Shown here: piece by piece, positions 1 through 10,982 of the stretch | How positions within the stretch are numbered: position 1 is the stretch's first letter | How the letters are laid out: each line of letters starts with the position of its first letter | Source: Isurus oxyrinchus | Lineage: Eukaryota | Length of the DNA stretch: 64,000 bases | Direction: 5' to 3' | NCBI GenBank assembly: GCA_026770705.1 | Contig: JANJGN010000023.1 | Span: 5,828,001 to 5,892,000 of the forward strand | The notes under the pieces: generated by a model | The model's database searches: none | What the model saw: only the letters and a program-made list of their open reading frames with translations | What the model was told of the DNA's origin: nothing | Translations under genes and position numbers: made by a program

Positions 1-271
1 CCAGTGCCTTTGTTGCGTGGAATGGTTTAATCAGGAAAGCTGCTTTTGAAGGCTTGAGTGACTGGAGCACAAAACTCGAAATGAGTCCAAGAGAAAATAT
101 TCCTTTAACTGGGTTGTTCTGATCGAGGAATTGGTCCTCACTCTTAAACTCTGTCTCTCGGCGTTATAGCTTTTCGTTGAGGGATAGATTATGATTCTTA
201 CTGTCTGTGTGTGTGTCGCAAAAAACATCAACTTTAATAGAAAAACACAATAACGAAAAAAAAATCCTAAT

Positions 272-277
272 TTTATT
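272..277 (-). terminator. Candidate polyadenylation signal (AATAAA) of HoxB7
   Basis: Plus-strand TTTATT about 560 nt past the stop, followed by U/GU-rich sequence on the minus strand. Confidence 0.45.
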
Positions 278-721
278 TCACAGAACAGTTTACATCCTTC
301 ATAACTAAAGCGCGAAATTTCAACTGAGCAAACATAATGGTCCATATTTAAATAGCAAAAAATGTACAGAGAAGTTACACTCAATACTTCCACCAGAACA
401 CCATTTTATATATTTAACTATAACAGGAGTTTATACGGGACACATGTCAATAATCTGTACACGGGTTGGGGTTACACACATCTCCTTTTGGAAACTATTC
501 TTAATGACAAGAAATTACATCAATACAGTAACAAATATAAAGTCACTGACATTGTTTTCCTTTAAATACACCGGATAAAGCAAAGCTAATTACAGTAACA
601 CAGTTCACCACATCAAAAGAGCTAACGCACAGACTATATATAACTGTACTTGTACAATATAGATTTGGGTTATTCCCTCTAATCTGTACAAAACAAACTA
701 CAAGTAAAACTGTTACAGATT

Positions 722-729
722 TAGGTAGT
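722..729 (-). promoter_or_regulatory. miR-196 8-mer seed site in the HoxB7 3'UTR (ACUACCUA)
   Basis: Plus strand TAGGTAGT equals nt 1-8 of the mature miR-196 at 21331-21352. Confidence 0.75.
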
Positions 730-839
730 ATTCTGTTTCAGTGTTAAGAAATGAGGAACAACTTGTTCCATTTGTTCAAAAAAGTCTTCTAAGTTTATGC
801 TTCTTTTTGAGTTTTTAGAAGTTTGTTTTTCTCCCCCCT

Positions 840-1133
<294 letters not shown>

Positions 1134-2454
1134 TCACAAACAATGCAGCATTAGCCCTCTAAAAATTCAGCATTGTTCATTCTTACACTACTTTTGCCAC
1201 TAATTTCAACATAATACCCAGAATATCCCCCTGACAGATACACTAAATTAGTGTCAGAAACTGATTACAATCAATATTAAAGTTTATATCAATGCTTGAT
1301 AAAGAAAGACAGAGGATGACGCTGTACAGGGAAGTATCTAAATTGTTTACACAGCACTTACAGGCCTGAAACAACTGTCATGTAATGAAACTCAAAAGCA
1401 TATTGACTCTAATTTTCTATTTAACTGTTATTTTGAAACAAGAATGCTTGTATTAGTTTCACAACTAGAATCTATTGATAGATGATCATTGTCCTACATC
1501 CTCGCTGCAGTCTGCATTTGGTGAATTAATGTTATGTAACCTGAAACTGACAGGTAGTTAGAAAATTGATACTGCGATTTGTTTGAAAGCACAGCTTGGT
1601 TCACTTTGTCTGCACAGTTGTGCAGGAAAGCACCAATTTCCAAATTCAGTAAACAGTCCGCAACTTTGCGCTTCGCCAACATTCGGGAGAAAATAATGCA
1701 AATGTGGAGCAGGCACTGAAATAAGCCTCTCACTTGCCTGGTTGGAAAGAGCTACTAAGATGGGAGAATTGTCTAAGGTCTCCCCACCACCCCACTCCCC
1801 CCTCCCCCTCACCCCTCCGCCACCCCCCCGCCCCCGACTTCCCTCTTTACCTTACATGTTACACAAGTACAAACTGCCGCATTGGTTTGACTGGGGCCAA
1901 CACAACGGTAGGCTGCGCATTTAAGTAATTCCCACTGAACTGAAATATCTTTATAAATATTTAATGCTAGTTTTGCGCACTTTTTGGAGCCTCCATTTGT
2001 CATCTTGTTGCCATTCTTGATGTATTCCGTTTCAGTCACCAGCAGTCCCCCCTTCCCGGCTCCTACCACGACCCCCCTCCCTTTCTAGCCGCATCACAAC
2101 ACTTAAAGCACGTTACAACTTAGAGAGACGGAAAGAAACTTCGAGCCGAAGAGCAACTGCAATGAATGGAAATAAAAAGAAAAAGGAAAAAGGGGCGAGT
2201 TAAGTCTCAGGGGATATTCCGGGTGCAATACTGTTTTTGTTGGAATTAAGAGCACAGATTGGCGAGAATGTACGAGAACAAAAATGATGGTTTCTTTGAA
2301 GTGTGCAATTAAAGTTGTCCTACAATGGACAACTTTGCAAGATCCCTGTCTGCTATTTTATTTAAAGATAGATTTGACAATTTGTCACATGGAGCTAATA
2401 ATATACTTCCAAGTCAGCGACTTGATTGCTTACAGGGGGAGGGGGGAGTGCATT

Positions 2455-2552
2455 GCATTTTATAACCCTGTTTCGTGAGCGTCATAAATGAACACGACAC
2501 CATAATGCAATAAAGTAATTGACGGTCCCTCTAAGAGAATTCATTTTATGTG
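2455..2552. promoter_or_regulatory. Cluster of Hox/Cdx-type TTTAT/TAAT motifs at the 5' end of the HoxB7 intron
   Basis: TTTTATAAC, GTCATAAAT, CAATAAAGTAATTG and TTTTATG within 100 bp. Similar clusters occur in the B8 (~5070-5095) and B9 (~15845-15890) introns. Confidence 0.45.
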
Positions 2553-2565
2553 ACTTTTCACATAC

Positions 2566-2965
2566 CTGAGCTCTTCATCCAAGGGTAGATCCGGAAGTTC
2601 TCGGACTGGGGGTCTGCCTCTCTTTGCTCCGACTTGCTGCAACTCTGCTTACAGGAGTCCCCAGCGCCGCACATCAGTGATGAGATGTTGTGATCGAATG
2701 AAGAACAGTGCATGTTAAAGGAGTTCGCGTTGAGGCCATAAGGAGACGTGTACATGGTCGGGGTCTGGTGGTGAAGGCTGTTGGCTGTGCTGTACAAACC
2801 CGGCACAGTGGCTGCGTAAGAAGCCGACCCTGAGCCATAACCCGACCGCTGGGAGTTTGAGGCAAAGGCGCAAGAAGTTGGTTCCGAAAATACCCCCGTT
2901 GGAAAAACAGAAGTTCCGGCTGTATATTTCGAAAATAAAGCATTCGCATAATACAATGAACTCAT
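2566..2965 (-). CDS. HOXB7: HoxB7 exon 1
   Basis: N-terminus [14 protein letters not shown] (HoxB7-type), hexapeptide IYPWMK, donor CAG|GTATGT. Confidence 0.95.
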
Positions 2966-3039
2966 AATTTGGCTGGTGATTTGTAGGCCGGGACGTTTCA
3001 GTGTCGGTTTTACGAGGTACGGTGATATATTACGGAATT

Positions 3040-3120
3040 AGAGTCCAGATTTACACCAAAAGAACCCCCTTTTTCCTCCCGATGCACGTGACATCGGCAC
3101 GTGACATGGGGGGCCAATGA
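3040..3120 (-). promoter_or_regulatory. HoxB7 proximal promoter: tandem CACGTGACAT E-boxes and CCAAT box
   Basis: CACGTGACAT at 3085-3094 and 3098-3107, GGCCAAT at 3112-3118, about 120-150 bp upstream of the ATG. Confidence 0.6.
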
Positions 3121-3562
3121 GAATCAGGCTACCCGCGGCTTCTTTGGATGATAAAAAAATTCTCTTGATCAAAAGAAAAATTCCTGCATCCAAGTCATAA
3201 TGTGACTAACTTTAAATAGGGGGTGAATAGGACGCCAACAGTTTATAGGCTGGGTTGATCGATCATTTAGATGGGAATTTAAATAAATCAATTCGCTTCC
3301 TGTAGCTTGCTTCAGCTTACAGTGGAAAACACATTTGTCAAAACAGCTTTCTTTAGGTTCAGTTGTATTCTAACATTGCGCACTCTGAGTTCCAATAATC
3401 GATATCTACCATAATATGGATCACTGGCCGGAGGAGAGTACTTGGGACCTATTTTCCGAAAACTACAATAGTAATTTACACACCAACAAACTAAGCAGGT
3501 ATCAGCCCACTGTGTTAGTCACAGCCACTCCAGATGAACTTCAACTTGCTCTTTTTTAAATG

Positions 3563-3650
3563 GGCTGGGGGGGGTGGGGGTGGGGGTGGGGGGGAGGGTG
3601 GTGGGGGGGAGGGGGGTGATGGGGGGGCGGGTGGTGGGGGTGGGAGGGAA
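3563..3650 (+). repeat. G-rich low-complexity tract (G-quadruplex-prone)
   Basis: Many consecutive G runs of 4 or more, (GGGGT)n-like. Confidence 0.85.
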
Positions 3651-3920
3651 GAAGGAATTATGAGTGCAAATGAGTCAAGTGAACTGCAAACATAAACAGA
3701 TCACTAATAAAAAAGTCACAAAGACAAATTGAGTCAGGTGCGATAGCAATGTGTTATTGATATTTAATGCTCAGTTTTCAACAATATTACCTATCCATCT
3801 ATCTGTTTGTCCATCTCGACAAAATAGGCACAGTCTCTTTTGCCAAATCTTTTCATCCAAATAAATTCAATTTAGGAAAAAAAGCCGAGCAATTTCACAG
3901 TTCTGTTTTCGCTTGTAAAG

Positions 3921-3926
3921 TTTATT
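3921..3926 (-). terminator. Candidate HoxB8 polyadenylation signal
   Basis: Plus-strand TTTATT about 730 nt past the HoxB8 stop. Confidence 0.45.
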
Positions 3927-4009
3927 GTACCCTTTTCCGCCGCTTGCATGTTCAAACAATAGCCCAATCCCGTGTATAACATGAATGGATCACCGGTTCT
4001 TCTCTCGCA

Positions 4010-4090
4010 CCAACCCCCCCCCCCCCCCCCCCCCCCCCCACCCCCAACCCCACCAGCAACCCCCCCCCCCCCCCACCCCACCATCTCCCC
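4010..4090 (-). repeat. Poly-C tract (G-rich in the HoxB8 3'UTR)
   Basis: Long C runs on the plus strand. Confidence 0.85.
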
Positions 4091-4275
4091 CAAATAAAGC
4101 AATTCACGTATACAGTAGACTTCTCCCACAGTTAAAACTTAAGGACCAGTTTCTTCTTGTACTGTTTAAAAAAAAGGCAACCTTTACTTCTGCACATGCT
4201 AGTTTTGAGAAAGGAATCTTATAAATACAACAAAGACGTAAACAATAACACAATCTAAAATAGCTAAAGCTTAAA

Positions 4276-4297
4276 TAGGCAGCTTCATGTTGTCGGG
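4276..4297 (-). promoter_or_regulatory. Full-length miR-196 complementary site in the HoxB8 3'UTR
   Basis: mRNA CCCGACAACAUGAAGCUGCCUA pairs with all 22 nt of miR-196: 19 Watson-Crick pairs and 3 G:U wobbles. Confidence 0.93.
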
Positions 4298-4659
4298 GTT
4301 TTTCTTTAAGCTAATGATTATTAGCTGAAGTAGTGCACACGGCTTCAATATCCTACAGCAGTATTTCAAAACATACACACACACTAGAACATTGGTCTAT
4401 GAACTTCACGTTAAATACTTGTACAATAATCCACTTGAAACACCTAGAGTGCTACACAACCACATGTATATATCTGGTAAAAAGTTGGAATACTCGTTTT
4501 AATCTACACCTCCAGACATTTGCGTACAATATTGTTTATCAAACAGTAATCAGTAAAATTTGTTCTGCTTCTCACACCCGCACTATTTAAAAACTGTCTA
4601 AATTTTTCTATTCATTTCCCCTCGGGTTAACGTTTTGTGTTTTAAATTATTTTTTATTA

Positions 4660-4940
4660 TTATTGATCCTTTTCTTCGTCTTCTTTCACGTCCTTCTCCT
4701 TTGGAGTTTCTTCTATTTCGGATTTACTGCTGGGAAACTTGTCTTTATTATTTTCCTTCTTCCATTTCATTCTTCTGTTCTGGAACCAAATTTTGACCTG
4801 CCTCTCGGTCAGTCCCAGGGCGTGTGACACTTCGATCCGCCGTTTGCGAGTCAGGTATGGATTGAACAAAAATTCTTTTTCAAGTTCTAGTGTCTGATAG
4901 CGACTATATGTTTGCCTCCCTCTGCGCCGTCCTGCAGCTA
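4660..4940 (-). CDS. HOXB8: HoxB8 exon 2 (homeodomain)
   Basis: [70 protein letters not shown]; acceptor CCTAG|TAG. Confidence 0.95.
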
Positions 4941-5322
4941 CTAGGAATGAGATGGGAGAGAAAGGGAGGAACAAGAAAGAAAGCTCAATGAGGCTCTGTA
5001 GTTGTTATACGAAGGATTCTAAAACAAGATTGAAACACTATTAAACAGTATTCAGTACCGTAGGAAAAATACGCCATAAAACTGCAATAAAACTACAAAC
5101 AGCATGCAATATACCACACTTAAAAAACCGCTCCAGGATCATTAAAGTATAAAGTAATTTACAAGGTACTGAACTTTAGAATCATAAAACACTAAAGTTT
5201 CAACGTTTCCTTTATTGGCTCAGGAAATGAACTTTTCTATGTTTATACATTTGTGCGTGTGTTTTATCTTTCTCCTTTCTGTCTCCCTCTTTATTTCTTG
5301 CTAGCCTATACCAAAGCCTCAC

Positions 5323-5749
5323 CTTGCGGTCTCATCCACGGGAACAGCTGTGTTGGAGATGAACTCTGTTCTGAATTCTCTGCTTCTTCTCCTAGGCTGT
5401 TCGCCGTCGACTTGCAGTCGGGATATTGGATCAGTTCGGCCTCTTGTTGGGCGGCGAAAATTGGCTGCCTTTGCAGGGCATCGTAGCCGTAGAAACTGCC
5501 GGCATCCCCGTGACACGTCACCGCACACGGGTTTTGTTGGTACGCGGAGGTGGAGAGAGGAGCTGCGCCGTGGTGGTAAAAATCCGGGATCTGGCCGGGA
5601 TGTTGGAAGCTGCCACCGGTGCCGGGTCCATAAACTACCGTGGGTCTACCGCCCAGGTCCTGGGCGAACCCACAGTCATAATAATTGGGGCGCAGCGTCT
5701 CCCCACTTTTATACTTGGAAAACAGCGAATTCACAAAGTAGGAGCTCAT
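5323..5749 (-). CDS. HOXB8: HoxB8 exon 1
   Basis: [14 protein letters not shown]...[12 protein letters not shown]...LFPWMRPQ; donor AAG|GTGAG. The spliced CDS is 708 nt / 235 aa. Confidence 0.96.
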
Positions 5750-6579
5750 TGGGATAGACCAGGATCTTTCTGCTCAACGGAGGGAACTTAGTGTTTGCTA
5801 ATCAGACAAACAAATAAGCCAAGATCTTTTTTTAAAAAATTAAACCTTCATCTTATTGATCTCAACAAATAGTGTCCTGGTATCACATCTTCGTGAAGAG
5901 GTTCACTCATAAACAGTTTTCTGTGATTTACTTCAGCCCAAATGAGTTGTTTCATATTTTGCCGTCTCTTTTCATGATAATTTGCATTTATTACCTCAAC
6001 CACGTCCTATTGGCTTCGCTTACTCCGTACGGACACTGCACCGCGTGAAAAGGGAATGGTGAGAGAGAGGGAATGAGAGAAAGATAGAGAGGGGGGAATA
6101 TGCGGATTAATATATTCAACCATGTTCATTACCGGGATATCAGCCGCTTTACAACAGATGAAATACATACGCCACCAAAAGATTGATAAGGGGAAGTATC
6201 CACGCTGTTCTGAAGTAAAGGATAGACATTCAGACGTTAATTTCCAAACCATTTAATGAGAATATGCGTCTCTTTTAAAGGTCAGAGTTACATCAACAAG
6301 ACATGTACAGTACCAAAGCGAAAATCTAATTACTATCAACTTTGGATCTAATTGCTATTTTTCCTCCCAAGTTATCGCAGCGTAGCGACAAGTCCAGGAG
6401 TAGACAAACGCAAATTATTTGGGATTTTTAAAAATGTTTTATCTTAAGGAAGAGGGAAATCTGGTGGTATTTAACAATTTAATGACCCATTTTCCTATTA
6501 TTAATAAAGCCTTTTATCTGGTACTTGGACGGACCATGGAACAGTAACAGTCATCTGAGAACTATAGGAAAGAGATTAA

Positions 6580-6690
6580 GGAACTATAAAGCGTAATAAA
6601 AGCACAGCCTGTTATTGTTTATAACATGCAGTGAACGGCAGTTAGTGCTTTTACGAGAGGCTCTGTGCGGAGCAGTAAAATATAGGCTTT
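6580..6690. promoter_or_regulatory. Candidate Cdx/Hox-site enhancer upstream of HoxB8
   Basis: CTATAAA, GTAATAAAA, TTTATAAC, TTTTACGA and CAGTAAAA clustered about 0.9 kb upstream of the ATG. Cdx-dependent enhancers are known upstream of vertebrate Hoxb8. Confidence 0.45.
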
Positions 6691-7673
6691 CTGAAGAGGG
6701 CACTCCATCCCTCTTACTATTTTAAATATGAAACACTTTTTATACAAAACAACTATTATGGTCTATTTGTTATTGGATGACATGTTATACCACAAATTTG
6801 ATCAAATTAAACGAGTTTTGGTTTCCAAACCAGAGGTTTCTTAGTGAAAGCAAATGCAGTCATTCCTAATAAATGTTCATGCAAGGTAGCACAAAGCTCG
6901 CTAAAGACGCGCATGAACTTGCTTCAAATATATTTTCTCTTTAACATAGTTTGATAGATATGCATGAAGCTGTATATATGTTATATGTATATATAGCTGA
7001 AATCATCGTCAAAGAGTTGACATTACATTCTAAAATGGAGTAGAAACTTAAGGGAAAGCATTGTAATCTTTGATTATATTTTCAAACTGACCATTTAGTT
7101 TTAAACCACTAACGAAACACCATAATAATGATTTATGGTAAACCTGCATCATTTTTAAGCTTCATGGTTTATTAGTGACAATTGAAAACAAGCCATTTCC
7201 TATCTCCAAGTCATAAGGAATCGGCTATTGTCATGCCGAACCAGTCTCCTTTGATACTTTGATTTTGTGAAGAGTAGTCAATATAATTTACAATCGATCT
7301 GTCTCACCTTGGCAGGTCTCCCGAAGCATACTAAATCTAATCACGCATTTCAATTATTTACAAATGGCTTATTTTGGGTTAGCACTCGGAATGCCCATAT
7401 ATAAACATAAGTCTCATCCAAATCAGCAGAGCTTACGCCTTAGCCACAGTTAAAAAGTTAGTCAGTTAGTTAGAATGCCAAATGTAAATAAAACTGTCGG
7501 GTATCAGTGGCAATGCGAGACTATTCAAATATTAACACAACTAACACGTACTGTAGAACAATATTGTAACTTTACATATTCCTATACTGATTGTGCATCT
7601 TTCAATCATTCAGTCTCTCTACCTACCTATTGTTAGTTGATCTATGCATCACTCTGTCTCTCGATCTATCTCT

Positions 7674-7722
7674 AGTATATACATATATATAGTATATATA
7701 TATATATATATATATATATACG
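7674..7722. repeat. (TA)n microsatellite
   Basis: Direct reading. Confidence 0.85.
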
Positions 7723-8955
7723 TATAGAAAACATCCTACATAGTCTGTCAATAATTCCGTGTTGCAGAAACACTGGTGATTCTTGGGCTGCAGATTTTCA
7801 TTCCATTCTGTAATATTATGGGATACCTCAGCTGGCGAGAACGCATTGACGTTGTAAAAGTATCATCCACTAAAGTTATTGAGTACAGCGGAGATAGTAA
7901 AACAATGAAAAGCAAGGATAAGAAAATGTAACTAACTTCATGCGCCTGCAGCCTGTGAAATTTGGTCAACTGGTCAAATGAACTCAAATAAGATAATTGT
8001 GATAAAAAGGCGATTGAATGCCTTTTAAAGGGGCGATGAGGGGTGTGAAATACCTCATCAATATAAAAAAAACCGATTCCATTCTACGAACGTTCATGTT
8101 TGTAAATGATTTGCATTTTTTGTGAGTAGCATTGGCCTTCTGAAAAAATTCCGTTCGCTATAGGACTGAATGAACTCAATAGTTTAATAATGAATTGAAA
8201 CGTTTCTCTTGAAAACTTTGACATCTCGAGCTACCGGCACCAGGAACTTCTCTGACTCTGTCTAAAATATTTTAATTTGATTTTCTTTGTTTTCTCAAGA
8301 TTAAAGGACAATGTCCCGTTTGTAATATTAACTTTTACTTTCGTTTTTTGGGAATGGTATTTAGTTTCATGGTCTATATCCGCTTAAATTCCGTTGAAAT
8401 TTGCCTCGAACGTAACGCGATTAGCGCTAAATATAACGGAACAGATGCTACAGTTTAATGTGATAAACAAAATAGTTGATTAAAATGTGCTTATTGGTGC
8501 AACAGAGACCAACCAGATTCTTTATAACATCGTGAAGTTATCAGAAGAAATGCTTTGTTAAGACGCGATCAGCTAGCGCCGTCATTGTAACTCGTTAGTT
8601 ATCTGAAGATCATTTTGAAGTTTTTAGAAAAAAATGATTTCTGACGACAGAAGTAAACAATATCTACAACTTGTCAGCTGTCCGGTCGGCAAGGGCCCAC
8701 GTGATTGCTGTTTTATTAGGTATTACGGCCATGACGTGCCTTAAGTGGCTCCGCATTGTTTATTCAATATTGTTTTTCCTTGTATTTTAATGTGTTTAAT
8801 CTCTTTATCAGCAATATGATTCGTTTAATGGGTGTGATTCCATTTTGTTCGAAAGCGTTCAAACATATTTCCTAAGTTCAATTGTAAATGCATTCACATT
8901 TCCTGAATTTCATTTGAAAATCTCTTTCTATAAATCTTTCTCATTGCATATAGGT

Positions 8956-9012
8956 ACACACACACACATACACACATACACATATATACACGGACAAACA
9001 CATGCACACACA
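8956..9012. repeat. Imperfect (CA)n microsatellite
   Basis: Direct reading. Confidence 0.7.
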
Positions 9013-10964
9013 TGCGTAATATGATATTCCAAGTACCTATCATGAACGTAGGCACATTTAAACATATACATTCTAAGGAGTTAGTTGCAAATTAATTCAG
9101 AAAATAAAGCTCCTTCCATCGAGTCTGTTCACAAATGGGTTTCTATAGATTTCTTCTATACTTGCAGCCGAAGCAGAGTTAAGCACTCTATTCTTCTCAT
9201 AAATATCAGATAAATAACCTATGTCACAGCGAGATAAGATATCATACGTGTTAATACTGATGCTTTAATTTCATTTTTTATTCATCCCTAACTGCTGACT
9301 ATTATGGAAAATGGGGTAGCACAAGTATTATGGATATATTTATGTATCTGTGTATCTATACTTAATCAGCTGAGATATTATTGATACGTTAAGCAGACAC
9401 AAAGAATCGCACTGGAGTTTAATCTAAAATTAATAGAAAGCCGGGCATCTGTGCATAAGCGAAAACATTACCAACTTTGTCAGATTTGACATCTAAAACC
9501 ACAGGCATGTTATGTTCCTACTAATGTGCTATACATAAAGGCACAAAGGTGGAAATAAAGGGATGTAGACGCGCGCAAGTATCTTCATTCATGTGCGCAC
9601 GTAGTACGCAGGATTGCAATTGTAAAACTGTAATCTTATTTATTTTATGTAACCTAAACTTATGTCTTTAGTTCTTGGGAGTATCATGTGAAAGCTTTAA
9701 AGAGCCAAAAATAAAGTATACCAAAAATGTTTTATATTCGGTGTCCTTGTGTTGAATTCTGTTTTTAGTGAAATTAAAGGCAAACTGATATCTAGAAAAG
9801 TATATAATTGTGTAAGAAAATGAGGCAAAGAGAAATACTATAATAGTAAAAAAAAACAAGGTCAGAGACAGAGAAAGAACAGTCCTATTGAAGGACAGTC
9901 TTGCCTTCATTTGGTCGAAATTCCAGTTTTGTTCTTACATAATATTATAGACAGTTCAATTCTGTACAAATCCTATTACATGAGGCAGCTACATACATCC
10001 TTTCAGTTATGTATGAAAAAGCACTCAAGCTTGATTTAAATACAGAGACAAGCAGATAAAGGGGTGGTTACCTAAATTGTGCATGTTTTAAAATCATGCA
10101 ACAAATAAAAACGAAATCAATAAAGTCTGAGAAAGAATAAATCAGCAAGGTCTGGGAACTAGTCTGGAGGAAATGTCCATGCGGATGGCTATTATACTGA
10201 AAATGTGTGTGCGTGGTTTGTTGAAAGGAAGACAGTCACACAAACAATAATCAATATCTGTACAACAGTCGAGAATGGATTCAATCTAAAGGTATGTGCC
10301 CTGAGATGTGAGAAATGTAACGGGTTTGAAACTTCATTTGGAAGCAACGCATCCAGAGATTTAAATGTCCACTTCGGATATTTTTCTACATAACATGTCT
10401 ATAAACAAGAAGTACAATAAATTATTTTCCCAATGCATGCATCCTTTTTAAAAATCCAAATGCAAACCACGCACACACTATGTTAGATGTTTAGTTGTGT
10501 GAATGTACATTTAAAAGTGCGAATGCCTAACATTTTATTTATTTCCCGAGTGTAGCAAACCTCGTGATTTCTCTATAATAGGACCGTCTTTATATATTGA
10601 CGTTAGCCCCATAATGTGGACTATCTTGCCGCAAACGGACGAACATATCTTTTCTGCTGTCTTCTCAGGCTTATAATGCAGTTTGAAAATGATAAAACTG
10701 CATAAAACGTCGCCCAGATGAAGACATTACCATAGAGATAAATTTCAAATTAACATTAGGACGTTTTGCAGCCAAATGCTGAGCAAAATTGGGGGAAAGC
10801 TTTGTAGGATTTAATACATTGTATTTAAAGAGGATCAAGCAAGGGAGGCAGGGGAAAGTGAAATGGGAGTTGCATGCTCCTTTATATGAGTGTTGTATCT
10901 ATTGAATCCCAGGTTCTTGTACTAATGTCTGCAAAAATCGTCATGACTGAGTTTGGTGGAACAA

Positions 10965-10982
10965 TGCTGCCACCTACTGGAA
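10965..10982 (-). promoter_or_regulatory. CTCF motif between HoxB8 and HoxB9
   Basis: Minus strand TTCCAGTAGGTGGCAGCA matches the core CCASYAGRKGGCRS. Confidence 0.7.

Noticed and set aside
1552-1558. miR-196 seed match AGGTAGT
   Set aside because: It lies in the HoxB7 intron, not in the mature mRNA.
3872-4224. Poly-Gly and poly-Pro ORFs
   Set aside because: By-products of the C tract in the HoxB8 3'UTR. The same applies to ORFs at 1558-1928, 44305-44655 and 48356-48769.
4276-4297. Possible second mir-196 gene on the plus strand
   Set aside because: No complementary arm nearby. It is explained as the antisense image of the HoxB8 target site.
5350-5791. Plus-strand ORFs over HoxB8 exon 1 (and similar ORFs over the B7, B9 and B10 exons)
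   Set aside because: Antisense or alternative-frame shadows of GC-rich coding exons.
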